NCBI RefSeq assembly: GCF_006345805.1
Contig: NW_021833016.1
Span: forward strand, 1-64,000
Origin: Octopus sinensis
Taxonomy: Eukaryota
Direction of reading: 5' to 3'
Length of the DNA: 64,000 bases
Shown here piece by piece: positions 1 to 12,368 of the stretch; within the stretch, counting starts at the first letter, position 1; every line of letters begins with the position of its first letter. The notes under the pieces were generated by a model. It was not told where the DNA came from, did no database searches, and saw only the letters and a list, made by a program, of their open reading frames with translations. A program made the position numbers and the translations under genes.

Positions 1-99
1 AACAATGTTTAATCATAAGAGCAAAAAAGGTGCTGGAGTGGCATGTAAGGCTGTAAGGAGCAACTTCTAGTAAACTGAGCCATTCATAGAGAACTGTAA

Positions 100-520
100 G
101 AGGAGAAAGACAAACACGAAAATTAGGAGAGAGTATTAGAGAAGAGTTAGACTAATATTAAACACTGAACTTAATATTAAAAATAAGATAATAGGGATAA
201 ACACGCAAGCCATACCCGTCATAAAGTACAGCTTTAACATAATAAACTGGAAGATCAGTGAACAGAAAAACCTAGATAGAAAAAAGCAGAAACCTACTAA
301 CAGCGTATCGAAGGCACCACCGCAAAGCACACGCAGACAGAATATACCTATCCCGCTCAGAAGGAGGCCGCGGCCTGATACAGACAGAGAATTACTATAA
401 AATAATGACAGCTGAACTAGCAAAGCACTTAGATGCAAAGAGTGGATGACTACTGCATGTAGTAAAGCAACATGAGAGAAAGAAAACTTTTCTGTATTCA
501 CAAGGAGATGACAAAATACA
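100..520 (+). mobile_element. R4/Dong-type non-LTR retrotransposon fragment (post-RT region), degraded
   Basis: Translation RNLLTAYRRHHRKAHADRIYLSRSEGGRGLIQ matches the 'ADVDRLYLPR.EGGRGL' motif of this LINE group; stops and frameshifts present. Confidence 0.7.
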
Positions 521-2649
521 AAACAGAAACAAACTATACTGATACACTGATTGTTTTACTGTCAATTCCTCAGTTTTAAAGAATACCTCGACTCCACCGA
601 ACTGACTCGCTCGAGATATATGTCTGATGTTGTGCCATATATTGCGACGGGCACTTTGTATTTGGCGTTTGTGATCGTCCCCAGTCTTCAAAATTTAAAA
701 CTAAAACATCTGAATGCAACTGTTTTACAAGCCCTTGCAGCTAGAGTTTCAGGATTTGGACAATATATAACTTTCTCCATTCAATTTTCCTAAATCTAGT
801 TGCATCCAATTTTTTTGAGCATTTATCATCCAGGGAAAGTATAAAAATTCTTTTTATGTTTACCACACCATCGAAAGAAACCTTATTTTTGTGGCTGTTG
901 TAGTTGTTGTTGTTGCTAGTGGTATTGTTAGTGCTGTTGCTGGTGCCTACACCGCAGCTACTACTGCAACCTATGTTATTACCCTTCCTGTAGATATTAC
1001 TGCTGCTGCTACAGTTGCTGTTACAGATTCTGCTACTGCTATTATTGCAGCTACTGTAGCTCCTGTTGTTGCTGCTACCACTATTACAGTGGTTTCTTTT
1101 GTTAGTGTTGTTGTGGTTGTTGCTATTGTTGTTTATTACAGAGGGGAGTGATAAGCAGTGATAATTAGAATTGTACTGCTGTTATCAGTTCGAATTTCCT
1201 TGAAGCATGTTCGAACCGGTGAACAAGCTACTCACTGAATTTTGTCACGGACGATATATCCCATTTGTAGACACGTGGTGCGAATACACCTAGATCATGT
1301 CGTAGTACCACCTACCCAGACCGTGAGATGCAGGCATTTTGGAGTAGTTATCTCCTCTTCGGTCACAGACACCAGGCAGGCGGCGCTGCGAGCTGATTGA
1401 AGATACTGACTCCCTTATAATTTTCCAGTTGCCATACGGCGACTGATAGCGCTGTGCAGCGGCACACCGTACAGATGGGGAACGCTAAGCAGTGATACGT
1501 AAAACTGTACTGTTATTATCAGTCCGAATATGCTTAATTGTTGTGAATATTGCTACTGCTGATGTTGATGTTAGTGTTGTTGTTTTTGTTATATCAGTTG
1601 GATCAGTATAGTGCCCAATGAAAATTTCTCCTCCCATTCAGTTAAGAAAGAAGCTGCTGGCTGGATAAACTCAAGAAAACAAACAATGATGAACTACATT
1701 ATTGTATTCTGGAGTGCGTGAGAAGACTCAGGGTTTCCTGAAATCAAGAGGTTAATTTTCTTTTTATAAAATGTGATGACATGCAACATTTGTCTCTACA
1801 TGTTTATCAGCAGACATAAAGCCATGAATGATCTAATTTCGACTCTTGGTGATGTTTTCATTCAAATTTGGGCACGCCTCATTCTTCCAACATAAAAATA
1901 CTTTTTGATTTAAGAAAAAATTTGTAGGGAATTGGAAATTTCACTTTGTATATTCAGTTACCTATCTGTATGATTGATAGCTAATTCAATCACTAAACTG
2001 TGTTCTAAGCACATACATACATACATCACAGCTGCAACCTCGTTACACTAGAAAAGACATTGTCAAGAAGACTTACTGAAATGATTCATCATGTGATGCC
2101 CTTATATGACTTTTAAACCCGGCCAAGCTTTTACACATTTTATTACATACTAGATAACTGTGCTGGCTGGCAGGAGAAACAGGCGCCACCATATGCACTC
2201 TCTTAACATGTCTTTTTAGACCTCCAACTGAGAGGCATACCCTTCCACATTTTACACGCATTGTTATGAATTTTAATAGCCCCATCATTGTATATTGTGT
2301 TTTTTTATTTATATATATTGTATGTCAATATCATTTTCAATTTTACTGTTTTTATCTCAATTTTTAATTTGTATTTATTTCTCGTATTTTAATTTTTTTA
2401 AATAAATAGATAAGGGCTGGATAGAGCTCCTCTGTTTACCCAAGCCATGACGAAGGCAGTCTATCTAAGAGAAAGTAACTCTGAATTTAAATACTTGACT
2501 GCTGTCTTGTAGTTAGAGTTTGTTTGGGCAAAGACTGGGAGAAGCACACTCTGATATAAAACCTGCGACTGCAAATGCACCCAATGAAGTCAACTTGCGT
2601 TTCTTTTTGGATTATACTGTACAAAACTTCTCCTTTAAAAAGTGTCAAG

Positions 2650-2745
2650 CACATACATACACACACATACATACATACATACATACATACATACATACAT
2701 ACATACATACATACATACATACATACATACATACATACATACATG
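2650..2745. repeat. (CATA)n microsatellite
   Basis: Direct inspection. Confidence 0.95.
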
Positions 2746-2989
2746 CAGAAAGGCTAAGGGAGATCCCACGATAGGCCATATGGGAAGACAAAGAATATTG
2801 GGATAAGGAATACCCAACATACTCAAATTTTACAAAAAAAAACAAAAACTATTACACCAGCAATTTATATATGTTGGAAAGAAACACAGCACCCTGCCGA
2901 ATAAAATCATTCAGCCAAAACGCACAAATGATAGTACCCGTATTAACAACACAGTAAATATTTTCCGCGAAGTCACTGTGAACGAGAAG

Positions 2990-4960
2990 AAATACGGTCA
3001 ATACAAACACAACAATAACAAACCGTTACCATTGCACGGACATGTGGGGATCAGATATGACCTCACAAAAGCAAGTGAAGAATATAAAATACTAAAATCG
3101 CAGCTTGCACCGAAGTTGAAGTAGAACTTCACGACTTTATACATAAAGCACTGCATGAGTAAGCAATACCGACATGAGTTGGGAAAAAAACCCCACCGAC
3201 ATGATATTATCAGCCACCGACAAAATTGCGAGAGAACAACTAGCTCAAATCCAAACTCCCGACTTTTGGACAATAAATGTTCTGCTTTACTCTATCGAAG
3301 TAACTGTGTACCAACAGATGGAAGAAAAGGGACAAACCCAAAGGATAGTACTGGCCCAAAATCGATTAGTTCACTTATTAAAGAAAATCAACCAACTCAG
3401 GAACATGATAGGGCATTTGGACACTATCATTAAAGGCAAAGACTAAAATGAGTTCAGGAATCACCAGCTACGACGGCATGATAGATTCTCGGCATTGTAT
3501 TAGCACTGCACCGGGAAACACCCATAGGCAGGCTGAATACTCTCAACCACGATCTACGAGCGTTATAACAGAATTTGCACGAACGAAAAATGGGAAACCG
3601 AAAGTTTGTTCGAAATCCACCAACTATATATTGCAGTAGGCAAGGCGATAAAATCAAGATAGTATATGATCCTCCCTAGGAAAACCTAGATTTACTTTCG
3701 AGAGAAATCTGGAATGTAAACAAAGTACATAATAGCGAGACATCATGTTTAAACGAGAGAGTATTTTGTAAATGCCTCTCCCAAAGCATATAACATCATA
3801 GAACATATTATGAAACTACTGAATAGAAAAATCGCCCGGGAGAGACCTGAGAGTAGGCTACTGGTACAAAACTTCACGTTCTACAGAGGAATTCTCATGA
3901 ATATATTTAAAGAAACAATAGACGCTGAGCTAAATATGCCAGATTGACAGTTGCACGGACTACCCTTATTCTCAAGAGCAATGAGACTCAGGCGGCCAAA
4001 TACTATTGGCCCATAGTATGCTAGAATGTTATGTGCAAGCTGCAGAGAGGTTGTCTAAATATATTTCTCCGAGACCAATGCGAAAAAATGGTTTAATAAC
4101 CAATGTACAGGCTGGAAGAAAAAAAAGTAATCTCTGGCTGTGCTTCCTCAACAAAGCTCTTCTTAAGGAAGCTCAGCACTATCACTGTAATCACTTAACA
4201 ACTTAGCTAGACTACAAGAAGGCGTTCGACTTTGTGCCTCACTCCTAGATGATAAAATAATAACACTTTTTCAAAGTACCAGGTGCTATATTGAATGCCA
4301 TTGAACGACTGACCAAACCATGCTTCACACAGGTATCGCCAGCAACACCTATGGTTACAAACAGAATTAAACAACCAGCAGGCATATTCAAGAATCATAG
4401 TTTATCTGTGATGTTGTTTGTGCAGGCAGTGAATCCCTTGTCAATCCTGTTTAACAAAATGCCAACGCTATATGCTAGAATATATAGAAAAGAGTAAAAT
4501 GGATGTCACCCATACCTATGTTGATGGTGGCCTAAAATTACGTTCTGCTAATATGATGAGTATCAATAGACAGTTCGAAATAATTACAACATTCTCACGA
4601 GATGCAGGAATGGAGTTTGGGCAAGGTAAATTTTCATGCATGATAGTCAGCCGAAGAAAGATTGCCGATCAAACAGAAAATATACACAAACGGCTTGTCT
4701 ATCGCTCCTGTCCCTAATGATGTATCCTACAAGTATCCACGAGATAGTTGCATACGTCGGTGCTCTGACTAATGCCAGAACAATAAATGAATACTTCTGT
4801 GGAGACCTGAAAATATGGAACTCAGAGCTATAAGCATTTAACAAGACTATATCTCAGAATGTTTTTGCACCGCCAGCGCTGATGCCGACGTACCAACTCG
4901 AGCAGATAATTACAAACATGCGAAAGTCTCTTAACTCAAAAGTTCTAGTCGCTTTGTTAG
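2990..4960 (+). mobile_element. R4/Dong-type LINE RT region, heavily degraded
   Basis: Motifs REIWNVNKVHNS (~3710), KSPGRD..GYWYK (~3830), LDYKKAFDFVPHS (~4205), MEFG.GK (~4610); many stops. Confidence 0.6.
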
Positions 4961-5175
4961 CGACCGGCTTGGACTGTCTTAAGAAGAAATGAAATAAAAC
5001 TCAAAGAAAATGACATATACACACACATAAGGTACGAGAGGTATTGGTATCAAGAAGACCCAAGATGGCAGGTAAGGCTGTGTAAGTGCTACGGGAGGAC
5101 CGTAGTTAGACTCTCGTTCGATAATAGTACACGTGAGGAGCCTAATGGGGGGTTTTGTGTGAGCATATATATGTT

Positions 5176-5610
5176 AAATAAAATGAAACAACAAAACCAA
5201 GGCTGCGTGGAATTTATAGGACATTTATAGAGAGAAAGGTAGTTTTACATACTATCCTCTTATAATAAAAAGACATGAACTCCTGTCGGAATCTACATAC
5301 CATGAACAAGAATCATCTCTACCCATTGTACACAGCACTTTCCTTGAATAATGGAACTGCAACTGTAACATCCAACATATATTTTTACTTTTATTTTTAT
5401 TCTGTTATTTCCCTTTATACTTTCTATATCCATCCTTTTCCAAAATAACGCCTGATATTGAACTCTACTATTTCCTTCTAGTTAACTTTCTCTTATCGTC
5501 TGTGATGAAGGGATATCCCTAATATTCCCAAAACAGCAGTAAGACTACCTTCCTCTTTATAAATGACCTATAAATTTCACACAGCTTTGGGTTGTTGTCT
5601 CATTTCATTT
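5176..5610 (+). mobile_element. Penelope-like element terminal repeat with inverted 5' segment and decayed hammerhead
   Basis: 5176-5249 is the reverse complement of 5539-5610; hammerhead-like motif at 5498-5545. Confidence 0.6.
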
Positions 5611-5711
5611 AATATATATACATTCACACATGTACACGCACACACACACTGCACACGCATTCAATAATTGAAAAGAAGTTTTACTGTTGATCTTCAGGCA
5701 AATACATATAC

Positions 5712-5774
<63 letters not shown>

Positions 5775-6248
5775 ATATATATATATATGCATATGTAAGA
5801 GTATGAATTATATATTTTTGTGCGCATTTGCGTTTAAGTAACAACATAAAATTTAAATGTTACGATCACTCCTCTACACTGCAGGTATAAACTTGTCTGT
5901 CTGTATATTTCTATATACACACACAAGCACAGGCACTCACACACGGACACACGTACAAACATACACAAAAACACGCTCGTACGCACGCGCGTGCATACAC
6001 ACACACCCACACACGTTTAATTACAAAATATTTCCTAGCATTGGCAGAAATTCATAGTTAGGGTGTCTCGCGGTTCAGTTTCTTTCCAGAGGCATTTTCA
6101 ACTTGTTTAAAAAAAACAAAAAAAAACAGTACAAAACTGAAACGCAACGAAATATATGTAACAAGGCAAGTTGTGTATGTGATGTGGTAATTAATTTTTC
6201 ACTTGTAAACTGTCTGAAGTCCTATTTATCACAATATAATACAGAAAT

Positions 6249-6603
6249 ATGTATTGGTTCTCAGTTAGTGCCGTCATTCGAAAAGCGAATCTTTACGCAA
6301 TTACTTTCTCAATGCTACTATTCCAAATATGCTTGGGCGGTAATGCAGCATGCCGAGAATATTATGGGACCTGTATTCACCCTTCTGTAACTGGCATTCC
6401 AGAAGCTGACAAGTTGAATCAGATATCAAACATCCGATCAAAAATTGAGTGCTTTTCTCACTGTGTGGCGTATTCCAAATGTGGTATGATTATTTACAGC
6501 GTTTCCGAGAAAGTATGTATCCTACGTAAAATCAAGCAATTACCTAATGCCTCATCATTCATCGACATTCCTCCAAACAGCATTTACACCATGCTACAAG
6601 CTC
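6249..6603 (+). CDS. Exon 1 of PAN/Apple + C-type lectin protein (hydrophobic N-terminus + PAN-like domain)
   Basis: ATG at 6249. Hydrophobic stretch LYAITFSMLLFQICLGG, then SKIECFSHCVAYSKCGMIIYSVSEKVCIL (PAN-type Cys spacing). Ends at strong donor C|GTGAGT (6604), phase 1. Confidence 0.8.
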
Positions 6604-6627
6604 GTGAGTAGTTTTCTTTTCATATTA

Positions 6628-6851
6628 CAATAACCCCTCGCCATATCGCAGTTCGTCTATCGCGGTTTACTATTTAAGCTTACATCGATTCCTCCGTGCT
6701 GGTGTTTTGCCTTTATAATAAAATAAATGTATACAATTTGTAAAAATAATTTAAAAAAAATATACAGTACAGTACTGTTTCTACTTCACGGATTTTCACT
6801 TATCGCGTAGTGTTTTGAAACGTAACACCCGCGATAGACGAAGGATTACTG
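6628..6851. mobile_element. Tc1/pogo(Tigger)-type MITE
   Basis: Termini CAATAACCCCTCG ... CGAAGGATTACTG (imperfect TIR) flanked by TA on both sides; subterminal TATCGCGG/CCGCGATA. Confidence 0.7.
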
Positions 6852-7050
6852 TATCACTTTTTATTTCACTTAATGTTAGACCCTGTTATTTTCTTATTGA
6901 AGAGGATATTTGTGATCTGAGACAAATTTTACTTCTGTTTCTAGTAGGTCAACGATGGATTGTGTTACGCATATTGTTCAAGAATAATTTTTGTTATTTT
7001 CATTTAAGCTTAATAATATCATCTTAACGTAATTTATAATGTATCTAGAC

Positions 7051-7119
7051 CAGTGCTTTTCAACCTTTTTACTGGAGCGGAACCCTAATGTTTCGCGGAA
7101 CCCTGGTTGAAAACCACTG
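7051..7119. mobile_element. 69-bp hAT (Charlie/Buster-like) MITE
   Basis: TIRs CAGTGCTTTTCAACC / GGTTGAAAACCACTG with perfect 8-bp TSD ATCTAGAC (7043-7050, 7120-7127). Confidence 0.85.
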
Positions 7120-8364
7120 ATCTAGACCTACGTAAACTTGTCATTTTTTCCTTGTAAGGCATTAATTAGGATGTTTATTTAAAGGCAATTTTGCTGCTAC
7201 CATATAGAGTCTATCTTTTGGTTCGTATTGTGCAAATGTGTGCATGTGTGCATGTCTTTTCTGTATGAGATTAGCGCGTGTAAGGTTTATATATAAAGTA
7301 ACTTCTAGCAGTATATTTTGTAAAAATCAAGTTTTTTCTATAGATTAATTAAATGGGTTCAACAGAAAATGGTTCTGTTATGATGTACGACCACTGGTAT
7401 GGATATATAAGATGTGCTTTCTTGTAATATATATGAAAATATTATAGTATCATCCACTACGTATTATAGTGTCAGCCTGTACAAAATCCTTGGATGCAGA
7501 AGCCTTTTTTCTGATCAGTGGATTAAAACAGGGTCTCTCAAACAACTCGGTGGAAAAAATTCTAGGGTTCCATGAAATAAGGTGTCTTTATATAAAAATT
7601 AAATAAGTGTAATTTATAGAAGAAACTTTACACATAAGTTTATCTAAATAAAACAGTTATTGTATTTTTTTGTGCGATGATGTTCTCTATCTTAAATAAT
7701 TCTTGCTTCAGCTAAGGTCTTATTACCAGTAAAGTGGCAACAAGGATCGTCGCTAAAAGATAGAATAACTCAATCGACATTTTGGAAATATTGTATAAAG
7801 TTTCCGCAAGAAAATAATGAATGAGACGTTTTGATGCAATACGTACACTCTCACACACAACTACACATAAAACATACAGAATAGTTTTCTACGTTTTGGT
7901 ATTATTTAATTTAACGTTGACAGGGCTGCTTGTAAAACAATAGATGATACCATCTGTAATCGTTGCTGTGAAGGGCTTCTGTATAAGTAAGCATATTATA
8001 ATTGTTGATTTCAGGAACTGTTATGTATTACATTTCACCTCTTTTATTCTTTAGTTCGCACACCTTAGCGTTCTCGTGATTGCAGCAGAACCAGTTATAT
8101 GTATGACTGTATTTTTGGCATTTTTCTTTCTATATATATCTTTGAGAATAATTTAAGTTTCTTTTCATTTACATGTTATTGTCATTGTTCTTCTTGGGAC
8201 TTAGATAAATCTTGATCGCGGTATGATCAAAGATATTCCCGTCAGATGTATGCATGTATATATGTATGTGTGTGTATGTATATATATAATTATGCATGCA
8301 TATATATATGTCCAGTTCAGACCTTCCAAAACTCGGGCGTTATGTATGTATATATATATATATA

Positions 8365-8772
8365 TCTTTACTCTTTACTCTTTACATGTTTCAGTCATTT
8401 GACTGCGGCCATGCTGAAGCACCGCCTTTAGTCGAGCAATTCGACCCCGGGACTTATTCTTTATAAGCCCAGTACTTATTCTATCGGTCTCTTTTGTCGA
8501 ACCGCTAAGTGACGGGGACGTAAACACACCAACATCGGTTGTCAAGCAATGCTAGGGGTACAAACACAGACACACAAACACATACACATACATATACATA
8601 TATATACATATATACGACAGGCTTCTTTCAGTTTCCGTCTACCAAATCCACTTACAAGGCATTGGTCGGCCCGGGGCTATAGCAGAAGACACTTGCCCAA
8701 GATGCCACGCAGTGGGATTTAACCCGGAACCATGTGGTTGGTTAGCAAGCTACTTACCACACAGCCACTCCT
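8365..8772 (-). mobile_element. tRNA-derived SINE, full length (copy 1)
   Basis: Minus strand begins AGGAGTGGCTGTGTGGTAAG (A box) ... GGTTAAATCCC (B-box-like), has an internal CA/TA microsatellite and a (GAGTAAA)n tail; three homologous copies in window. Confidence 0.8.
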
Positions 8773-8783
8773 ATATATATATA

Positions 8784-8837
<54 letters not shown>

Positions 8838-9139
8838 TACATATATATATGCATCAGCGGTCAGTGAGGAAGTGAAGAGTAAGAGTGGTTCGTAGATATA
8901 ATATACGAGAGGGTTTATATATAGATGAACACATTGCAAGTAGAGTTTGGGAAGCATGTTATCTAAAGAAACCCGAAATTTGCAAGAAAGTCAGATAAAC
9001 GGAAATTACTGAACTCATTTGATTAGAGTTGGGAGTTAAGACTGTGGGAAAACATAATTGTGACGAATTGAAGAATTCAAAAACATTGTGTATGTATGTG
9101 TGTGGTGCATATGTGTGTAATTATGTATATATATATATA

Positions 9140-9620
9140 TATATATATATAAGTAATGAGGGAGATAAATTAATATTAATTTTAATATCAATTTAAAACC
9201 AGTAGTCTAGCATACAAAAAATCTGAGAAATCAGAGAAAATTCTAATATATGTGTATATTGGCAGGGCATGACTGCTAGGTAGTCGGCCGCATGCTAGAA
9301 ATAGATCATCAACGATCAAACTACAAAGAAAGTTCTCTAGAGGAAAAATTCAGCGAACACCAGAACCAAATTTGGCGGGCAGGACAGATGAAAATTTATA
9401 TAAAAAACAGAATTAATTGCATACCTCGGTTTCGGCCTTTAACAAAAGAATTACTTACATAATTCAAATGTCCGTGGCTTCATCAGTACAATCGTTCAGT
9501 GTAAATGCAATCCGAAAAACTAACCCCAGCTTTCTGTGCCAACACAGACACGTGCTTAGTTTTACCGATTACATTAAGGATAAAATTTCAAATGTCTTAG
9601 TTCCGGCGCGTTAAGAAATA
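9140..9620 (-). mobile_element. Penelope-like terminal repeat fragment
   Basis: Lies between (TA)n tracts and carries a type I hammerhead motif at 9417-9491. Confidence 0.5.
9417..9491 (-). ncRNA. Type I hammerhead ribozyme motif
   Basis: Minus strand TTGTA-CTGATGA-AGCC...GGCC-GAAA-CCGAGG-TA-TGCAA: core intact, 5-bp stem I, minimal stem III. Confidence 0.7.
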
Positions 9621-9632
9621 TATATATATATA

Positions 9633-10026
9633 TACTCTTTTACTTGTTTCAGTCATTTGACTGTGGCCATGCTGGAGCACCGCCTGTAGTCGAGCAAATC
9701 GACCCCAGGAGTTATTCTTTGTAAGCTTAATCTATCGGCCTCTTTCGCCGGAACCGCCAGGTTACGGGGACGTAAACACACCACCATCGTTGTCAAGTGA
9801 TGGTGGGGGGGACAAACACAGTTACACAAACATATACATACACATACATACATATATACATATATATACATATATACGACGAGCTTCTTTCAGTTTCTGT
9901 CTAGCAAATCCACTTACAAGGCTTTGGTCGGCCCGAGGCTATAGTAGAAGACATTTGTCCAAGGTGCCATGTGGGGCCATGTGGTTGGTAAGCAAGGAAC
10001 TTACCACACAGCCACTCCTACGCCTA
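9633..10026 (-). mobile_element. tRNA-derived SINE (copy 2, small internal deletion)
   Basis: Colinear with copy 1; lacks part of the B-box region. Confidence 0.8.
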
Positions 10027-10042
10027 TATATATATGTATGTA

Positions 10043-11186
10043 TTGGGTCATAAAGCGTTTTTTGCGATAGCATGAATTAAAAGGCGGAGGGGGACGGGAT
10101 AAACTACCTGTATCAACTTGGTATAAATGCAGGTGGTAATTTTACTTTGTACTTATTCTTAGTGCAAGTTTTGAAAACTGAATTTCGATTTCAAAAGTTA
10201 TTTTTTCAAAGCTACAATGGAAGTCACAAACGAGAATATTCGTCATAGTTTGTACTATGAGTTATATGCCAACGCTGTTCCCGAAATTCCAAGCCGGAAA
10301 TTACAGCCTAGAAGACGAGCCTCGTCCTTGAAGATCTGTAGAGCTTGACGAGAACGTCCTGCAAACACTGGCGAAACAAAGTCCCATCGTAACTGTTGAG
10401 GAAAAAAACAGAGAAGTTTGGATTTGGTCATTCAACCATTCATCGACACCTGCGTGCTATCGGAAAAGCTAATTGGGTGAATGGATTCCTCACAAACCTT
10501 CCGAGTTTAATCGCACGCAGAGAGAGAATGTTTGGTTTACCTTGCTGTCACGTCTCACGAATATACCTCTTTTGCACCGAATTGTGACGAGAAATGGGTT
10601 CTCTATAAAAATGCCAAACGCCGAAGACGGTGAGTAGTGAAAGGAGAAACACCGGCGCTCCAGTCTAAAGAAAGTCTTAACCCACCTAAGGTATTGCTAA
10701 CTCTTTGGTTGGATATGGAAAGTTTATTCCACTTTGTACTTATAAATCCAAGCCAAACGATAACAAAGGAGATCAACTACAAGCAGCTTGAGCGGCTTAA
10801 GGCAGTTCTAGAAGAAGAACGTGCATCTTTGATTTCAAGACGAAAGGTGTTCTTCCATCAGGATAATGCTCGGCCGCATACAGCGTGGAAGACGTTCCAG
10901 AGGCTGGAACAGCTTAATTGAGAACCAATACCTCATATTCACCAGACATTTCCCCATCTGATTATCATTTATTCCGTAGTCTTCAAAATCATTTGGACGG
11001 AAAAATATGCAGGCAAAGTCAGAATAGTACTAGAGGAATATTTTTAAGTGAATTTTGGATGAAGGCCTTGGAGGTCTACCAAATAGATGGAAGAGCATTG
11101 TAGAAAATGAAGGAGCGTATATTTGGGATTAAAAAATAACATTAAAAGAAGTATTAAAAAATTGCATTATTTATGGGATGACCCAA
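10043..11186 (+). mobile_element. mariner element, degraded
   Basis: TA-TTGGGTCA ... GGGATGACCCAA-TA termini. Transposase relics MEVTNENIRHS (10217), FFHQDNARPH, YSPDISPSDYHLFRSLQN; frameshifted. Confidence 0.85.
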
Positions 11187-11299
11187 TAAGTATACATACA
11201 TACATACATGCATACAAGCATACATGCATACATGCATACATGCATACAGCAGTTGTCAATGCAGAACTGAAATATAGAGAAAGCGTCAGAGTGAGAGAT

Positions 11300-11452
11300 C
11301 GTCATCATCATCATCGTCATCATCATAATCATCATCATCATCATAATCATTGTCATCGTCATTCTTCTTCTTCTTCTTCTTCTTCTTCTTCTTCTTCTTC
11401 TTCTTCTTCTTCTTCTTCTTCTTCTTCTTCTTCTTCTTCTCCATCCTCTTCA

Positions 11453-11530
<78 letters not shown>
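11300..11530. repeat. Compound (CAT)n-(TTC)n-(TTA)n microsatellite
   Basis: Direct inspection; similar arrays at 12020-12368, 12922-13486, 15240-15813, 17708-17821 and 27770-27905. Confidence 0.95.
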
Positions 11531-11995
11531 GTGAGAGAGCAGTGCATGCCATCAAAATGACACTGCGGTAAAATATACGCAGCCAAGTATACCCATCATG
11601 ATTACCCGTCTGATAAGGGTACACTAGGCACATGCATCACAACCATATGTGCGCGACATGGTGATCTCATGTCAAGATAAACAGTACATGATCTTGCAGG
11701 TGGATCCCATATAGAATTTTCTTCTGATCGGGTAACCCATCCCGCTCAAAAGGTTCCTGAATAAGGGTTGTTAAAGGTTGTTGAACGAAACACCCATGTT
11801 TCCAAAGGTGAATTATTCAAACCCCAAAGAATCCCTCTCAACACATGACTATGATGCTCCCCCTCTACCTCCGCTCGTGATGAGAAATGCACATATCGTT
11901 AGCCACCAAGGGACATTCTCACTGGTTAAGGTCAAACAATTGTCAAGCAAATCTGTGGCATTCAGCAGAATATTTGTTGTAGCCCATTTTGAAAT
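11531..11995 (-). repeat. Unclassified ~550-bp interspersed repeat 'B', copy 1 (partial)
   Basis: Homologous to 12369-12921 and 14688-15239; embedded in (ATT)n; no ORF; strand inferred from the (AAT)n tail. Confidence 0.65.
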
Positions 11996-12055
11996 CATGT
12001 GTACCACTCTCTGGTAATTTTATTATTATTATTATTATTATTATCATTATTATTA

Positions 12056-12102
<47 letters not shown>

Positions 12103-12196
12103 GTTCTTCTTCTTCTTCTTCTTCTTCTTATTATTATTATATTATTATTATTGTTGTTATTATTACTATTATTATTATTACTATTACTATTACTAT

Positions 12197-12246
<50 letters not shown>

Positions 12247-12266
12247 TCATCATCATCATCATCATC

Positions 12267-12320
<54 letters not shown>

Positions 12321-12368
12321 ATTATTATTATTATTATTAATATTAATATTATTATTATTATTATTATT

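Noticed and set aside
851-1151. V/A/T-rich 86-aa ORF as a mucin or membrane protein
   Set aside because: Degenerate GTT/GCT/ACT low-complexity repeat with no splice or domain support.
1443-1472. CTGATAG-CGCTG-TG-CAGCG-GCAC as a hammerhead
   Set aside because: Several core positions differ and GAAA is missing.
7344-8160. Candidate extra exons containing 'CY' after AG sites at ~7343 and ~8014
   Set aside because: Stops in the phase-1 frame or no domain pattern; the three-exon model is already complete and in frame.
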